Below, one piece after another: positions 50,940 through 64,000 of a stretch of 64,000 nt of DNA. A program made the position numbers and the translations under genes. The notes beneath the pieces were generated by a model. That model searched no databases. It was not told the origin of the DNA and saw only the letters and a program-made list of their open reading frames with translations. The DNA is from Octopus vulgaris (Eukaryota). Within the stretch, counting starts at the first letter, position 1. Each line of letters starts with the position of its first letter. The stretch spans positions 17,050,001 to 17,114,000 of the forward strand of contig OX597834.1 of the NCBI GenBank assembly GCA_951406725.2, read 5' to 3'.

Positions 50940-51885
50940 CTAAAAGAAACAAAGGAAAACAATAATAAAAAAATCTTTTTTTTTTAATTTACCCATCACT
51001 AATTGAAAAAAAATGACAATTCAGTGAAATTATGACAATAATAAATCAATCAATCCATAATTTTATTTATTAATTTTACACAATTATAATGGAAGCAAAT
51101 AGCTGGAAATTAAGGTCTTCTGTCATTGTGTTGCGAATTTGCAACATGGGTTTTTAAAAAAATATAAACGATGAAGAGCAATTAAACCATTAATTGGGAA
51201 ATTAAATTTCATGGTTATTCCAGTAATGACGTTGAATATCTACCAAAAGATGGCATTTGTATTTTCTGTAAGTCATATGGCCTAATATCAACAAAACCCG
51301 ACCTAATATCAACAAAAAATAATTTCAAGCATGACATTCCTCAACAAAAGATAGACTGGTATGTAAAACTGCTCTCTGCAGTTAAGGATAATGAAATTTG
51401 AGTGGATATATCTGATTTCTGCAGTAAAAGGGTTAAAAACCAGTGCAATGGTGAAATAAAGACAAAGAAAAGCATTTGTTTCATTTTTTTGTGTCCTAAT
51501 TCCATCTTTAACAGGTCTTGGCCACAAACTAAAAATTTTAATAAATGAAAATACAAAGTGTAGACATTGCTCTATCTAGGGAGGGTCATTAAACCAATAA
51601 TAAACACACACACACTGGTTCAATTTCACTCCTTTATTGTTCATCAATTGGTTAGTTATCCAACCAACTAACTAATCTTTTGTTTAATTTGTTGCTAAAC
51701 AATCAATCAGTTGTTTGTCAAAGTCCTTTCATTCCTATTCATGATCTCATCAATGACATGCACTCTCTTCTACAGGTCTGTTTTGAATTTCAAAACAATG
51801 CAAGAGCAGATATCAACATTTTATATCAAGATTTTACATTAGTGCTTAACAATATGGAATTGTTTAATAAATTTATTGTTCTCTT

Positions 51886-52115
51886 TAACCTGTTTGCATT
51901 TAAACCAGCCATATCTGGTCCAAATAGTTTACCTTTTTTTAATGTTCAAATAGGCCAGATGTGGTTTCTCATACGAACCCTATAATATTATTCTAAAAAA
52001 TTAACATTTATGTCATCAAAATCTCAGAACAGCAAGATAATGGATGATTAATTCAAGACAATGTGAATAAATAAGCATTACATTTAACAGAATAATTTGA
52101 ATGCTAAAGGGTTAA
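51886..52115. mobile_element. piggyBac-like MITE family (TTAA-flanked)
   Basis: ttaacc...gcatttaaaccagccatatctgg...gaatgctaaagggttaa. Relatives at about 5140-5346, 25378-25594, 26318-26518, 31338-31550 and 63585-63740. Confidence 0.7.
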
Positions 52116-52966
52116 TCCTTTCATGACCAGATTTCATCATCATCATCATTGTTTAACATCCTCCTTCCATGCTGGTATGGGTTGGACGGTTTGATAGGAG
52201 CTGGTCAGGCAGGAGCCTGCATCATGCCTCTGTCTGTTTTGGTTGGGTTTTTATGGCTGGATGCTCCTTCCTAACACCAACCACCTTGAGAGTGGGCTGA
52301 ATGCTTTTTATGTGGCACTCACACAGGTGAGGTCAGTTTTGGCATGTTTTTACAGCTAGATGCCCTTCCAAATGCCAACCGCTTTACAGTGTGGACTGGG
52401 TGCTTTTTAAGTGACACCTGCTCTGGCAGGGTCACCAAGTAACTTTGCAAGACAAGGAATCTTTGAGAGGGAAGGGGGTATTAGAGGAGGTGATCTTGTG
52501 CCAGATGATGAAAGATTAGAGTGTGACAGAAAGACAGTCTTGCTGTTCAGGAGGTCATGGTTTCTAATAGAATATTACATTGCCCATGTATTTCAATAAA
52601 TTTGCTAAAATAATTAAGATTTTTGAAGAATTTAATAAATATAACTAATTTTTTTAATGAAATATAAGCTGCTATCTGAAATACAAGAACGGATTCATAC
52701 ATAAAAAAATTATGATGGAAGATTTTAATTCCAATTCTTTTTTTCTTTTAGTTGTTTCAGTCATTTGATTGCGGCCGTGCTGGAGCACCACCTCGAAGGG
52801 TTTTAGTCAAACTAACTGACCTCAGGACTTATATTTTTAAAGCCCAGTACTTATTTTATCAGTCTCTTTAAAATAAAAGCAATGATAAAAGCAAGAGGTT
52901 TTCTGTAATGGAACTACAGGTGGTCTCAGGAGGGTTTGCATGAGATTGGTTTAAAATCATCTCTCT

Positions 52967-53212
52967 CTATCCACTCAGTCGAAGTCGACTCTCGGTCACT
53001 CGTTGGATCAGTGTCCTCCAGTCAGTTCTATCCTGGGCCGCTTCTTTCAGATTGGTTATGTCCATTCTGGTATCACTCTTGATGGTGTCAAGCCAGCGGG
53101 TTCTTGACCGGCCTCGTTCTCTCTTGCCACTGACCATTCCGAGCTTGATGTCCTTCTCCATGGATTTTCTCCGCATAATATGACCGAAATATGCCAATCT
53201 ATGCTTGGTGAT
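52967..53212 (-). mobile_element. RTE-clade LINE 3' end fragment (246 bp)
   Basis: ORF MAYFGHIMRRKSMEKDIKLGMVSGKRERGRSRTRWLD...QRVTESRLRLSG*. Confidence 0.85.
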
Positions 53213-53471
53213 CCAAAATCATAATAGAACTAATAATTTAACATCCTTAATACTTTCGCTTTCATATTACTCTATCAAATATGAGGGTGGGCTGCAAAGT
53301 TCTTAGGCTGACTATGAAGGATTGATGTTAAAGCTGTGAAATCTTGCATATATTAATTTCAACTCATCTTATTAATAGCTGCATGGTTTCTTTCCAGGTA
53401 GACTGACATCTGACTGTTCAAAGATGACTTTAGAATTTCTTGTTTGTGTCATTATCAGAGTATCTGGTTAC

Positions 53472-53556
53472 CCTTATATAATACCCAGTGAAATTGAATA
53501 AACCAAAGTATCAGATAAAGTTTTATGTTATCATCAGAGCAAGGTGGTCCTGACAT
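53472..53556 (-). CDS. TM-protein gene putative first coding exon (signal peptide): MSGPPCSDDNIKLYLILWFIQFHWVLYK(G)
   Basis: AAAC-ATG context, hydrophobic core, phase-1 donor G|gtaacc joining the EGF exon in frame. The start codon and 5' boundary are uncertain. Confidence 0.6.
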
Positions 53557-54801
53557 GTTTATGCTTGGTCGGTTGAAAGTCAATATAGGAGCCTCTGTGC
53601 AGTCTAGATACACCGTCAGGTTCATGCTATTATCAGAATGATAGAGAGATGTGGCGTGTTTATTCTTGGTTGAGAACAAGTCAATATAGAAGCCTCTGTG
53701 TAGTTTCTCAATCTACTAGAAATAGCAACCAAATATCACCCATATCATATTCTACTGTCTTTAAAAATGAAATAAACATGGAATATTGTAGTCCTAGATA
53801 TACTATTCCTGCAAAAAAAGAAACAAAACAAAAAGAATACAGAACAGGGTGTTTATAACTTGAATGCAATCAATCAAGATGCGTTGGATTAGCGTGACCT
53901 TTGAATAACAACTCGATCAGACCATCCAAACATGGCTTGGATGTTAAAGATGAAATAAATGGAGCATGAACACAGGAAATATAAGACATTTGCTACTGTT
54001 TCTCTTGTGTATTTGATTACCAACATTACTCATGTGCTTGGCTGGTGATTGTAGTGTTTTACTTAACCAACAATAAAATAATATTTCTGCCTAATGACTA
54101 AGCACAGCAGGTGTAGATAGTCACGGAAATTTAGTACAGCTGTGTACCCAGTTAGTAAATATCTACTGCAGGGTACTCAGGGTACAACTAAAAATTGTGA
54201 TTTGCTTAGTGATCAACTAAGCACTCAAAGTGTATGCAGTGATTAACAAGGCACTTGTAATGCACCCAGATAGTGGCTCAGTACTGTACAAAGTGCACCA
54301 GTATAGTCAGTGATTAATAAAGCACTTGTAGTGTCCCTAGTGAGCAACAAAGCACTGTGGTGCACCTAGTTTGCAACTCAGTACTGCGTAGTACCTAGTA
54401 TGCAAAATGAGCACAGGAGAATACCTGGTTAGTGAACAATAACAGCAGTGTACACTGCAGTGCAGCTTTTGTGATTATTGCAACCAAGTAGTGCTGTATA
54501 GCCGAGACAATGCATGCTGTGTTTACAGCAGTTGCATTTACTGCAACTACCTATCAACAATTGAACAACTTAGTCAGTGATCTGAGAAAAAAAAAATTGC
54601 AGTGCAAATGCACATAGTGGAGGAATGGTTAGCGTGCTGTGTGACTTTTGAGGCAGCATGAGAGGTGAGTTGTTCAAGTTCTCATTGAAATGCTGCTGCA
54701 AAATGTATATTCAGTGCTAATGCTAAATGGTGGGTGGAAATACCATTACCTTACATTTTATATCTTCTATGTTACTGTAAAAAAAAAAAAAAAAAAAAAT
54801 C

Positions 54802-55050
54802 AAAGAGGAAATATGAGTCTGTATCAGAAGGAAGGTTCCATGTCAGTAGATAAAGGTAGATTTTTTTTTGGTGAGGAAAAAATAATAATAAAAAGTGGAA
54901 ATATGGGTTTATATCAGAAGGAAGATCCAACTCAGAAAATATTAGGATTTTTTTTTTTGAGGGAAAATAATAATAATAAAAAGTGGAAATATGGGTCTAT
55001 ATCAGAAGGAAGGTCCAAGTCAGAAAATATCAGGATTTTTTTTGGAGGGA
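54802..55050. repeat. Three tandem units of about 85-90 bp
   Basis: ggaaatatg.gt.t.tatcagaaggaag.tcca..tcag repeated three times. Confidence 0.85.
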
Positions 55051-55488
55051 AGGTCCAACCACTACCACCACCACCACCACCACCACCACTCTAACATCTA
55101 CTTTTCTATGCTTGCATGAGTTGAATAAAGTTTATTCAGGTAGATTTTCTATGGCAGGATGCTCTTCCTGTTGCTAGCGCTCATCTGATTCCAAGAAAGA
55201 TAATATTTTCAAGTTGTCTGACATGTTCTCACAGAATATTGGGAATGAATGATAGTGACATTCAAACACATTCATATTCACACACACACCACACAAGTTT
55301 CTTTTAGTTTCCATCAACCAAATCCATTGATGAAGCTTTGGTTCACCAGGGCCTAAAGTAGAAGACAACAACTGTCCAAAGTACTGTACAATGGGACTGA
55401 ACCCAAAACCACGTGGTTGGGAAGCAAACTTCTTAACTACGCAACAATATCAAATATTTTTTAAAAAGAAAATATATGAACATATATA

Positions 55489-55908
55489 GGCGCAGGAGTG
55501 GCTGTGTGGTAAGTAGCTTGCTAACCAACCACATGGTTCCGGGTTCAGTCCCACTGCGTGGCATCTTGGGCAAGTGTCTTCTGCTATAGCCTCGGGCCGA
55601 CCAATGCCTTGTAAGTGGATTTGGTAGACGGAAACTGAAAGAAGCCTGTCGTATATATGTATATATATATGTGTGTGTGTGTATATGTTTGTGTGTCTGT
55701 GTTTGTCCCCCTAGCATTGCTTGACAACCGATGCTGGTGTGTTTACGTCCCCGTCACTTAGCGGTTCGGCATAAGAGACCGATAGAATAAGTACTGGGCT
55801 TACAAAGAATAAGTCCCGGGGTCGATTTGCTTGACTAAAGGCGGTGCTCCAGCATGGCTGCAGTCAAATGACTGAAACAAGTAAAAGAGTAAAGAGTAAA
55901 GAGAGTAA
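55489..55908 (+). mobile_element. SINE family A full-length copy
   Basis: As 44983-45394. Confidence 0.9.
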
Positions 55909-56792
55909 ACAAAAAATATTCCAGCATTCATTGAAAATGTCAGAAGGTTGAAAAAATCTCAGATGGTTTTTGCAGTGTTTAATCATAATGTGTTTCTGTG
56001 TGACACAAAGCTCTACCCTAGATTTTCATTCATTTTCTTGCCAACACTTACATTCTTTCTGTTCTTGTTTTTGACCTTCTGCCCTATGGAATTTTCAACA
56101 GACAACACATGCATGTACAAGCACATTAAAACATACGATTTATAAATGCATTAACTGTTTTCACGAAGACCACCCATTATAAAGTTTATATGCTAAACAA
56201 TCAATGAAAGAAAAAGAAGAGAACTAAGAATAATTAAAACAAAAACAAGCCAGTCAAAGCAATTCTGAAGCAATATCAATTTACAGTTTTTTCTTCTAAA
56301 ACAGGGAAATAACAGCATAAATAATTTAGAGATGTTGCCACTAACTGGGTTGCTAAGATGCTGGTCTGCTTCACTGAAGAGCCAGTAGGCTTTGCATCCT
56401 GTTACTGATTTGTCTCTTGCAAAGACAGTTAAAAACTAAACGCCTCAATCAATCTCACTGCAAACTGGTTCCATGGGAAGAGAGGCTTCGCTCGTTACGG
56501 CAAACAACAATGGTAGGTATTAGCTCATAGACAAAAAAGCATTTAATTAAAACTTGTAGTGTTTAGCTCAAATCACTGAAGAGACACAGGCACAGGTACG
56601 GTTGTGTGGTAAGATGTTTGCTTCCCAGCCACATGGTTCTGGGCTCAATCCCACTGCACACCAACTTGGACCAATTTTTTCCAATAAAATCCTGTGCTGA
56701 CCAAAATCTTGTGAGTGGATTTGGAGAATGGAAACTAAAAGAATCCTGTTGTGTGTGTGTATATATATGTATGTATGAATGTATATATATAT

Positions 56793-56997
56793 ATAGTTAA
56801 TCCAAACAAGAAAGCACAAAAAAACACAACAACGCGAGGACATGGAACAAATATAGTATTATTGGACACTGAGGAAAGAAGGAAAGAAGGAGGGCTTTAA
56901 CGTTTCGAGCGGAGCTCTTCATCGGAAACATAGGAGAAGGAAAGATCCAGAGAAGGGAAGACAAAGGAAAAAAAATCGCCAACGGTACACACGCGGT

Positions 56998-57000
<3 letters not shown>
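56793..57000 (-). mobile_element. Penelope-type terminal fragment with a minimal hammerhead motif at 56896-56929
   Basis: Paralog of 33887-34063, inserted in (TA)n. Confidence 0.65.
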
Positions 57001-57040
<40 letters not shown>

Positions 57041-57041
<1 letters not shown>

Positions 57042-57548
57042 CTAGCAGTATCGCCCGGCGTTGCTCAGGTTTGTAAGGGAAATAACTATATAAGCATTTT
57101 TAGAGAGTTACTTCCCTTATAAATTCGGGCTTTCTTAGCCATTTTTGTTTTGGTGTCTTCAAGCCATGAAGTCGTTGTTCTAAAAGAACGCTGGTTTCCT
57201 TCACAACGCATTACGACGTTGATTTCTTTACACTCCCTTCCCCACAGCTTCACGAGGGAGGGAAGGGGAGAAGCAAACAGGTGCAGCTGTGAGCGTGGAC
57301 GCCAACTCCGCCGCCATCGACATACGATGCATTTTATGCATTAAAATGGAATAAAAAATGATGTTAAATTATTTTAAAAATCGTAGACTCATTGTTGACG
57401 CGCGCTAATAGTCAGACGGGCTCGATATGAATCACGACTATAAGATACCCGAATTTGGTTAAACTGCACCGCAAAATGTGGGAGGAGTTAGGAATCTAAA
57501 TCGAAGGGGACAGACACTCACACAACTAGAGTTTTATATATATAGATA
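57041..57548 (+). mobile_element. Non-autonomous Helitron/Helentron-like element (DINE-1/Lep1 style)
   Basis: Starts actagcagtatcgcccggcgttgctcagg (short hairpin), ends gacagac...ttttatatatatagat, inserted in (TA)n, CpG-rich relative to its flanks. Confidence 0.55.
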
Positions 57549-58338
57549 TATATATATATATGTATATATGAGTGTGTGACTTTTAGTTTGTTCCCCACCA
57601 CTGCCTGACAACCAGTGTTTGTTTGTTTTTGTCCTTTATAACTTAGTTGTTCAGCAGGAAGAGAATGACAGAATAAGTAGCAGGCTTAAAAAAAAATTGC
57701 ACTGAATTTGATTTGTTTGACTAAACCCTTCAAAGCAGTTCCCTAACAAGGTGACCCTGCCAGTGCTGGTGCCATGTAAAAAGCATCCAGTTCACACTGT
57801 AAAGTGGTTGGCATTTGGAAGGGCATCCAACTGTAAAAAATCATGCCAAAACTAACCTTGCCTGTGCTAGTGCCACGTAAAAGGCACTGAGTCCACTCTG
57901 CAGAGTGGTTGGTGGTAGGAAGGGCATCCAGCATTAAAAACCCTGCCAAAAGAGACAGAGTAGCATAGGGTAGTTTTTCTACCTGACTAACTCCTGTGAA
58001 CTGTCCTACTCATGCTTGCATGGAAGATGAACATCAAACGATGATGATGATGATGTCTCAATGATCTTGTGGGTAAAGACATGGACACAACAACACACAA
58101 ACCTCAAAGGCGACGAGCTGGCAGAAACGTTAGCACGCCGGACGAAATGTGTAGCCGTATTTCGTCTGCTGTTACATTATGGGTTCAAATTCCGCTGAGG
58201 TCAACTTTGCCTTTCATCCTTTTGGGGTCGATAAATTAAGTACCAGTTACGCACTGGGGTCGATGTAATCGACTTAATTCATTTGTCTGTCCTTGTTTGT
58301 CCCCTCTATGTTTAGCCCCTTGTGGGTAATAAAGAAAC

Positions 58339-58373
<35 letters not shown>

Positions 58374-59052
58374 TATCTGAGTGTGTGTGTTACTGTCACC
58401 TCACTTTGACTACATGTTACATGTGACAGTTGTTAACAAATGCCAGGGATTTAGTTATAAGATATTACATCAGATTAATCCTTCCTTGAATTAATGAAAT
58501 AGCTTTCTTTTGTTATTGATCCAATGATCCCCACAAGCGTTTGCATGGGTCATGGAAATGGCATAACGGGAGTCCACTCCTGTGTAGCTTCTCTAAACAA
58601 CAGATAATTGGTCCCCTGCCACAAAGCCAATAAGGCTGGTTACCCGCAGTTGGACATCACTGAATAATTAGGAAAAGGTCAGAAAATCGATTAAGCTTAT
58701 TGCACATGTATATGATAAATTAAATATTTAAAATATATGATGCGATATGTGAGTTTCACCAGCTGTCAAGTCGAAGTTAAGACTACATGCATGCATGCGT
58801 GCATGTGTGTTTGCATGTGTGTGTGTGTGTGTGTATGTGTGCATGTATGTATGTCGGTTTGCATATATATGTACATGTGTGTGTGTGTTTATATATGTAT
58901 ATGCATGTATATAGATGTGTGTATGTATGTATGCATGTACATATATGTGTATATCTATCTATCTATCTATATATATATACGTGTGTGTGTGTATATATAT
59001 ATATATAATGTATTTATATAAATATATATATATACACACACATACACACAAA

Positions 59053-59097
<45 letters not shown>

Positions 59098-59116
59098 TAT
59101 ATTATTTTTGTGTGTA

Positions 59117-59156
<40 letters not shown>

Positions 59157-62100
59157 TGAAGTAAGCTATTTATTTCAGTTACTAAGCAATCAATGGGAAC
59201 ATCAATACAGCTAAGATGAACAGACAAACCAACCAACCAACCGATCAGTCGACCAAAAAGAGAAATTTAATATACTTTATTTCACTACATATCTATTCAG
59301 TGATTGTTGGTTAGCAGTCAGGTTTTAAAAAAAAAGTACAAAACACACACATAGTGAACAAAAAAAAAAAAAAAAAAGAAAAAGAAAAGTATAATACAAA
59401 GTTACAAGGAAAGAAGATCTGAAAATAAATTGCAACAAATGAAGAAAAAAAAGAGAAAATAAAAAATAAAAATAAAAATAAACAAATCAATTTACAAAAT
59501 AAATAAATAAAATAAACAAATAAATGAATTTAAAAAAGAAACAAAAAACAAAACAAAACCAAAACATGAAAAATCAGAATGAAAAATGGATCAGTTAATA
59601 GTTTCTTAGATATACAAATCTGTATGAACAGAGAAGAGAATGTTTTTATGTGCAAATGTACATGTGTGAAATATCCAGAGAATTTAATCACACACACACA
59701 CACACACACGTATTTATTAATATGGCTTTATTAATGTGCCTGGGATGCTATCTCTCTTTCCATATCTACGCACAGCATTTTTAGTATTTCTACATATTTG
59801 TCTGTAAGAATTGGCAAGCATGAACCATTACTGAATTTGGATAATGAGGCAATTGAATAATGGGAAGTTTCATGTGAATGCAACATACACACACACACAC
59901 ACATACATGCACATTTGCACACAGATTTTATAAAGGTCAGCTTGCACTAGTTACTAATGTATAAATTTATTAACGTTCTGACTCCTCAGTTGATTGATGT
60001 TTTCTAATCTTCTCCCAGAAACCGTTCCAGCTTTTACTCAGTTACTGCTAACAGCAACAGAGACCGGAGAAGGTACTTAGACAACTAATGTCCGAAAATA
60101 TAACAACACAACTTAGGAAATCTTGGATCATCTCAGAGCAAAAAAAACAAAAACAAATTCTTGAATCCTTTAGCATTTAAACTGGCTATATCTTGCACAA
60201 ATGTTCTGCCTTTCTCTTTTTGGCACTCTATCGGTTATGATAACGAGTGTTCCAGTCGATCTGATCAGCAGAACAGCCTGCTCATGAAATTAAATTCCAA
60301 ATGGCTGAGCACCCCACAGACACATGTACTCTTAACATAGTGCTCAGAAAAATTCAGCGTGACACAGACAGACAGTTGTGAACAAGTGTCACTGTCATAC
60401 AAGCAGTGTCATTTCCAGTATTCTGCAAAAACATTACCTTGCCTGGAAACAGGTAAGGGTTGGCAACAGGAAGGGCATCTCACTGTAGTAAATCTGCCTC
60501 AATAAACTTTATCTGACCCATGCAAGCATGGAAAAAGTAAACATTAAAACAATGACAACAACGATATATATATGTGGAGGCACAATGGCCCAATGGTTAG
60601 GACAGTGGACTCACGGTCGGAGGATAGTGGTTTCGATTTCCAGACCGGGCATTGTGTGTGCTTATTGAGTGAAAACACCTAAAAGCTCCACAAGGCTCCG
60701 GCAGGGGGTGGTGGCGACCCCTGTTGTACTCTTTTGCCCCAACCTTCTCTCACTCTTTCTTCACTGTTTCTTGAGTAATGCTGCGATGGATTGGCATCCC
60801 GTCCAGCTGGGGGGAACACATATGCCATAGAAACCGGGAAACTGGGCCCATGAGCCTGGCTAGGCTTGAAAAGGGCACATAAATAATATATATATACAAT
60901 CAGACTAGATCCTGGCGCAGCCTTCCAGCATGCCAGCCCAGTCAAACTGTCCAACCCATGCCAGCACGGACAATGGATGTTAAATGATGATGATAATGAT
61001 GATGATATGTGTTGTGATGGCACATAGCTCAGTTGTTAGAGCACCGGACTCCCAATCATGGGGTAGTGAGTTCGATTCTCAGACTGGGCTGTGTGTTGTG
61101 TTCTTGAGCAAGCTGTATCGGCCTTTGCCTTTCCTTTGGATAACATAAGTGGTGCAGAGAGGGGAGGCTGGTATGCATGGGCGACTGCTGGTCTTCCATA
61201 AACAACCTTGCCTGGGGTTGTGCCTTGGAAGGGAACTTTCTAGGTGCAATCCCATGGTCATTCATGACCAAAGGGGTTCTTACATATGTCATAGTTTTGA
61301 CCAGACTATTGGATGTTGTTATACATTGCTGGTTACAAATTGTTTTAGCTTCCAAATGATGCCACCTGCTGGTTAGGTGAGCAGGCCAACAATCTCCCAG
61401 ATCGGAAAGCTAGTCTGTCACAAGGTTATCCATTTACAGATGAGTGGAGCGGAGCAAGATGAAATGAAGTGTTTTACTCAAGAATACTACATGCCACCCA
61501 GTCGGGGAATTGAACCCATGATTGAGCAATCATGAGTGTAACACCCTAACCAATAGGCCATGCACCTTCACACACACACACACACACGTTACGTTCTTAG
61601 TTCAAATTCCGCCGAGGTCGACTTTGCCTTTCATCCTTTTGGGGTCGATAAATTAAGTACCAGTTACGCACTGGGGTTGATGTAATCGACTTAATCCCTT
61701 TGTCTGTCCTTGTTTGTCCCCTCTATGTTTAGCCCCTTGTGGGCAATAAAGAAATATATATATGTAGATATTTGTCTATACTTACACAAGTAGTCCAACA
61801 CACACACACAGTCTATTAAAATTAGGCAGAAATCCCTGTAGATAAGAGACAATTTTATTTTACTTGTCAGATTGGAAATAGAAACGAGAGCTGTCTTTCA
61901 AGGCCATTTATAGATTTGGAAAAGGAAAGGGGTTACAATGGGGATGGCAAAGCCCCACCCCCCACCCCCTCAACTCTGCTCCACTCTCCGCAGCCACCAA
62001 GTAAATCCAATAACTCTACCCAGCCCCTACAACTGGCAGTGATTCCAACACTCCCAACCCCACCATTCAACCCCCAATATAGCAAAAAAAAAAAAAAAAA

Positions 62101-62426
62101 AAAAAAAGATAGGGGTTGGATATGCCAACAGCTTAAAAGTAATAATAGAATTAGCTTTCAGTTTCTAATGTAAAAGGAAAGGGCGAATTTCCAACTCTTC
62201 AATTGAAAGGATGTTGCTAGAACAGATTTCTATTCTATTTTATTTTATGACCTTGTTATAAAAGGAGGGGGGGGGGGTGGGGTGAGAGAGAGAAGGGGGT
62301 AACCAGAACATCACACACTAATAATTATTGTTGTAAACAGGAACAGAACTAATGAGACGATTATGTGCATGTGTTGCTAGCTAAACTCATCCAAGTGTCA
62401 GTGTAAGAATGAGTGCATGTGCATGT

Positions 62427-62485
<59 letters not shown>

Positions 62486-62695
62486 AGAATGTAAAGGTGT
62501 AATTGAGAGCTAAAAATATAACTTTAGATTACAAAATCACAAACACACACACACATGTATGTATGTATATATATATATATAAGCATGTGTGTGCGTATGT
62601 GTATGATATACAAATCATGAATGTACACTAAATACACTCATATATATAAACATACACATATATCCATACATATATTTTCTATATATTAATATATA

Positions 62696-62790
<95 letters not shown>

Positions 62791-62918
62791 ATACATACAC
62801 GTACATTATATATACAAATTATATGTGTTCTATATGTGACTATGTATGTATATATTTCTATATGTATGTGTATATACATCCATATGTGAGTGTGTGTCTA
62901 TCTATCTATCTATCTATC

Positions 62919-62950
<32 letters not shown>

Positions 62951-63745
62951 TACACACACGTATATAAATATGTATACACACACACAACACATATACACGT
63001 TACACAAACATTATGTGTATGTGTGGGCATGCATACAATATGTGTAGGAGAAAGACTTATAATTTGATTAAAATATGTATCTACAAGTAAGTTCTAAAAT
63101 GCCCAAAGAGTAATTTGAAACAAGGATTTAAAAAAAAAAGTTCTTTTCTTCATTCTTCCTTTCTTTTTTAGTTTATTTTTATTCATTTTCTTGGCTGATG
63201 GACAATTAACACAGTATTTTTAGAAAAATTCTTCTATCTAACAAGTCAAATAATTCATCTTTTAATGTGTGGTATATATGGGTCCATATAGATATATATG
63301 GAAACCAAAATGAAAATTAAAATGAAAAAAAAAAAAAAAAAAAAGAGGAGTGCATGGCCAAATAATTGTATTTAATTTTGGTAAGATGCCAGCAACTGGG
63401 AAGAGAGAATTCAAATTGTTTACCCCAAACCTTTTACTTAATTGGCACTTCATTGACCCTGAAAAGCAAAGTTGATTTCGGCTGGACTTGAACTCAGAAC
63501 ATAATGACTCAGAAGAACTGCTTCTAAGTGTTTTGTCTAATACACTACCTATTCTGCCAGTTTGCTGCCTTAAGTTTTAGCATTTAACCCATTAGTATTC
63601 AAGCAGGCCATATCAGGCCTCTCCCGCCTACCCTACAATACCATTCTGAAAATAAACAATCACATCATTGAAATTTGAAGGCTACAAGATAATACATGAA
63701 TAATTCAAAACAATGTAAATAAATAAGCATTACATTTGATAGCGA

Positions 63746-64000
63746 AGGCGCATGGCTCAGTGGTTAGAGCATCGAGCTTACAATTGTGAGGTTGTGAGTT
63801 AGAATCCTGGACCGGGCTACGTGTTGTGTTCTTGAGCAAGACACTTTATTTCACGTTGCTCCAGTTCACTCAGCTGTAGAAATGAGTTGCGATATCATAG
63901 GTGCCAAGCTGTATCGGCTGTTGCCTTTCCCTTGGATAATACTGGTGGCGTTAAGAGGGGAGGCCGGTATGCAAGGGCGACTGCTGGTCTTCCATAAACA
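63746..64000 (+). mobile_element. tRNA-derived SINE family C (runs off the window)
   Basis: ggcgcatggctcagtggttagagc A box, then gtgttcttgagcaagacactt. Confidence 0.8.

Noticed and set aside
54802-55050. CRISPR-like appearance of regularly spaced repeats
   Set aside because: Eukaryotic context, no unique spacers and no cas genes. It is a simple tandem triplication.
61786-62300. Possible 5' UTR exon or promoter of the minus-strand gene (GTAAGT donor at 61780-61785)
   Set aside because: Only a donor consensus is visible, which is not enough without transcript data.

Overview
Eukaryotic, AT-rich, repeat-dense genomic DNA. The tRNA-derived SINE families suggest an octopus genome (inference). 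Two convergent protein-coding genes can be assembled by hand from splice signals. (1) The last four coding exons of RACK1/GNB2L1 (+, 2830-4543), including one GC-AG intron. The upstream intron holds three box C/D snoRNA candidates. Two are SNORD96-like guides for 5.8S rRNA with an apparent compensatory C/D-box change. (2) An 11-exon, about 458-aa type I membrane protein that I do not recognise (-, 53556-30579): putative signal peptide, EGF-like module, furin-like Cys module, TM helix, a helical and Tyr-motif cytoplasmic tail and a C-terminal -IEV. It has a 253-nt AG-free zone before one exon, with an in-frame latent CAA acceptor, and a possible alternative Cys-rich last exon at 11625-11794. 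The rest is SINEs, LINE fragments (RTE, CR1/Jockey-group, R4/Dong-like), Penelope-type remnants with minimal hammerhead ribozyme motifs, MITEs, a Helitron-like element and microsatellites. Almost all ORFs in the supplied track are repeat artefacts. Coordinates were counted by hand; repeat boundaries are approximate.
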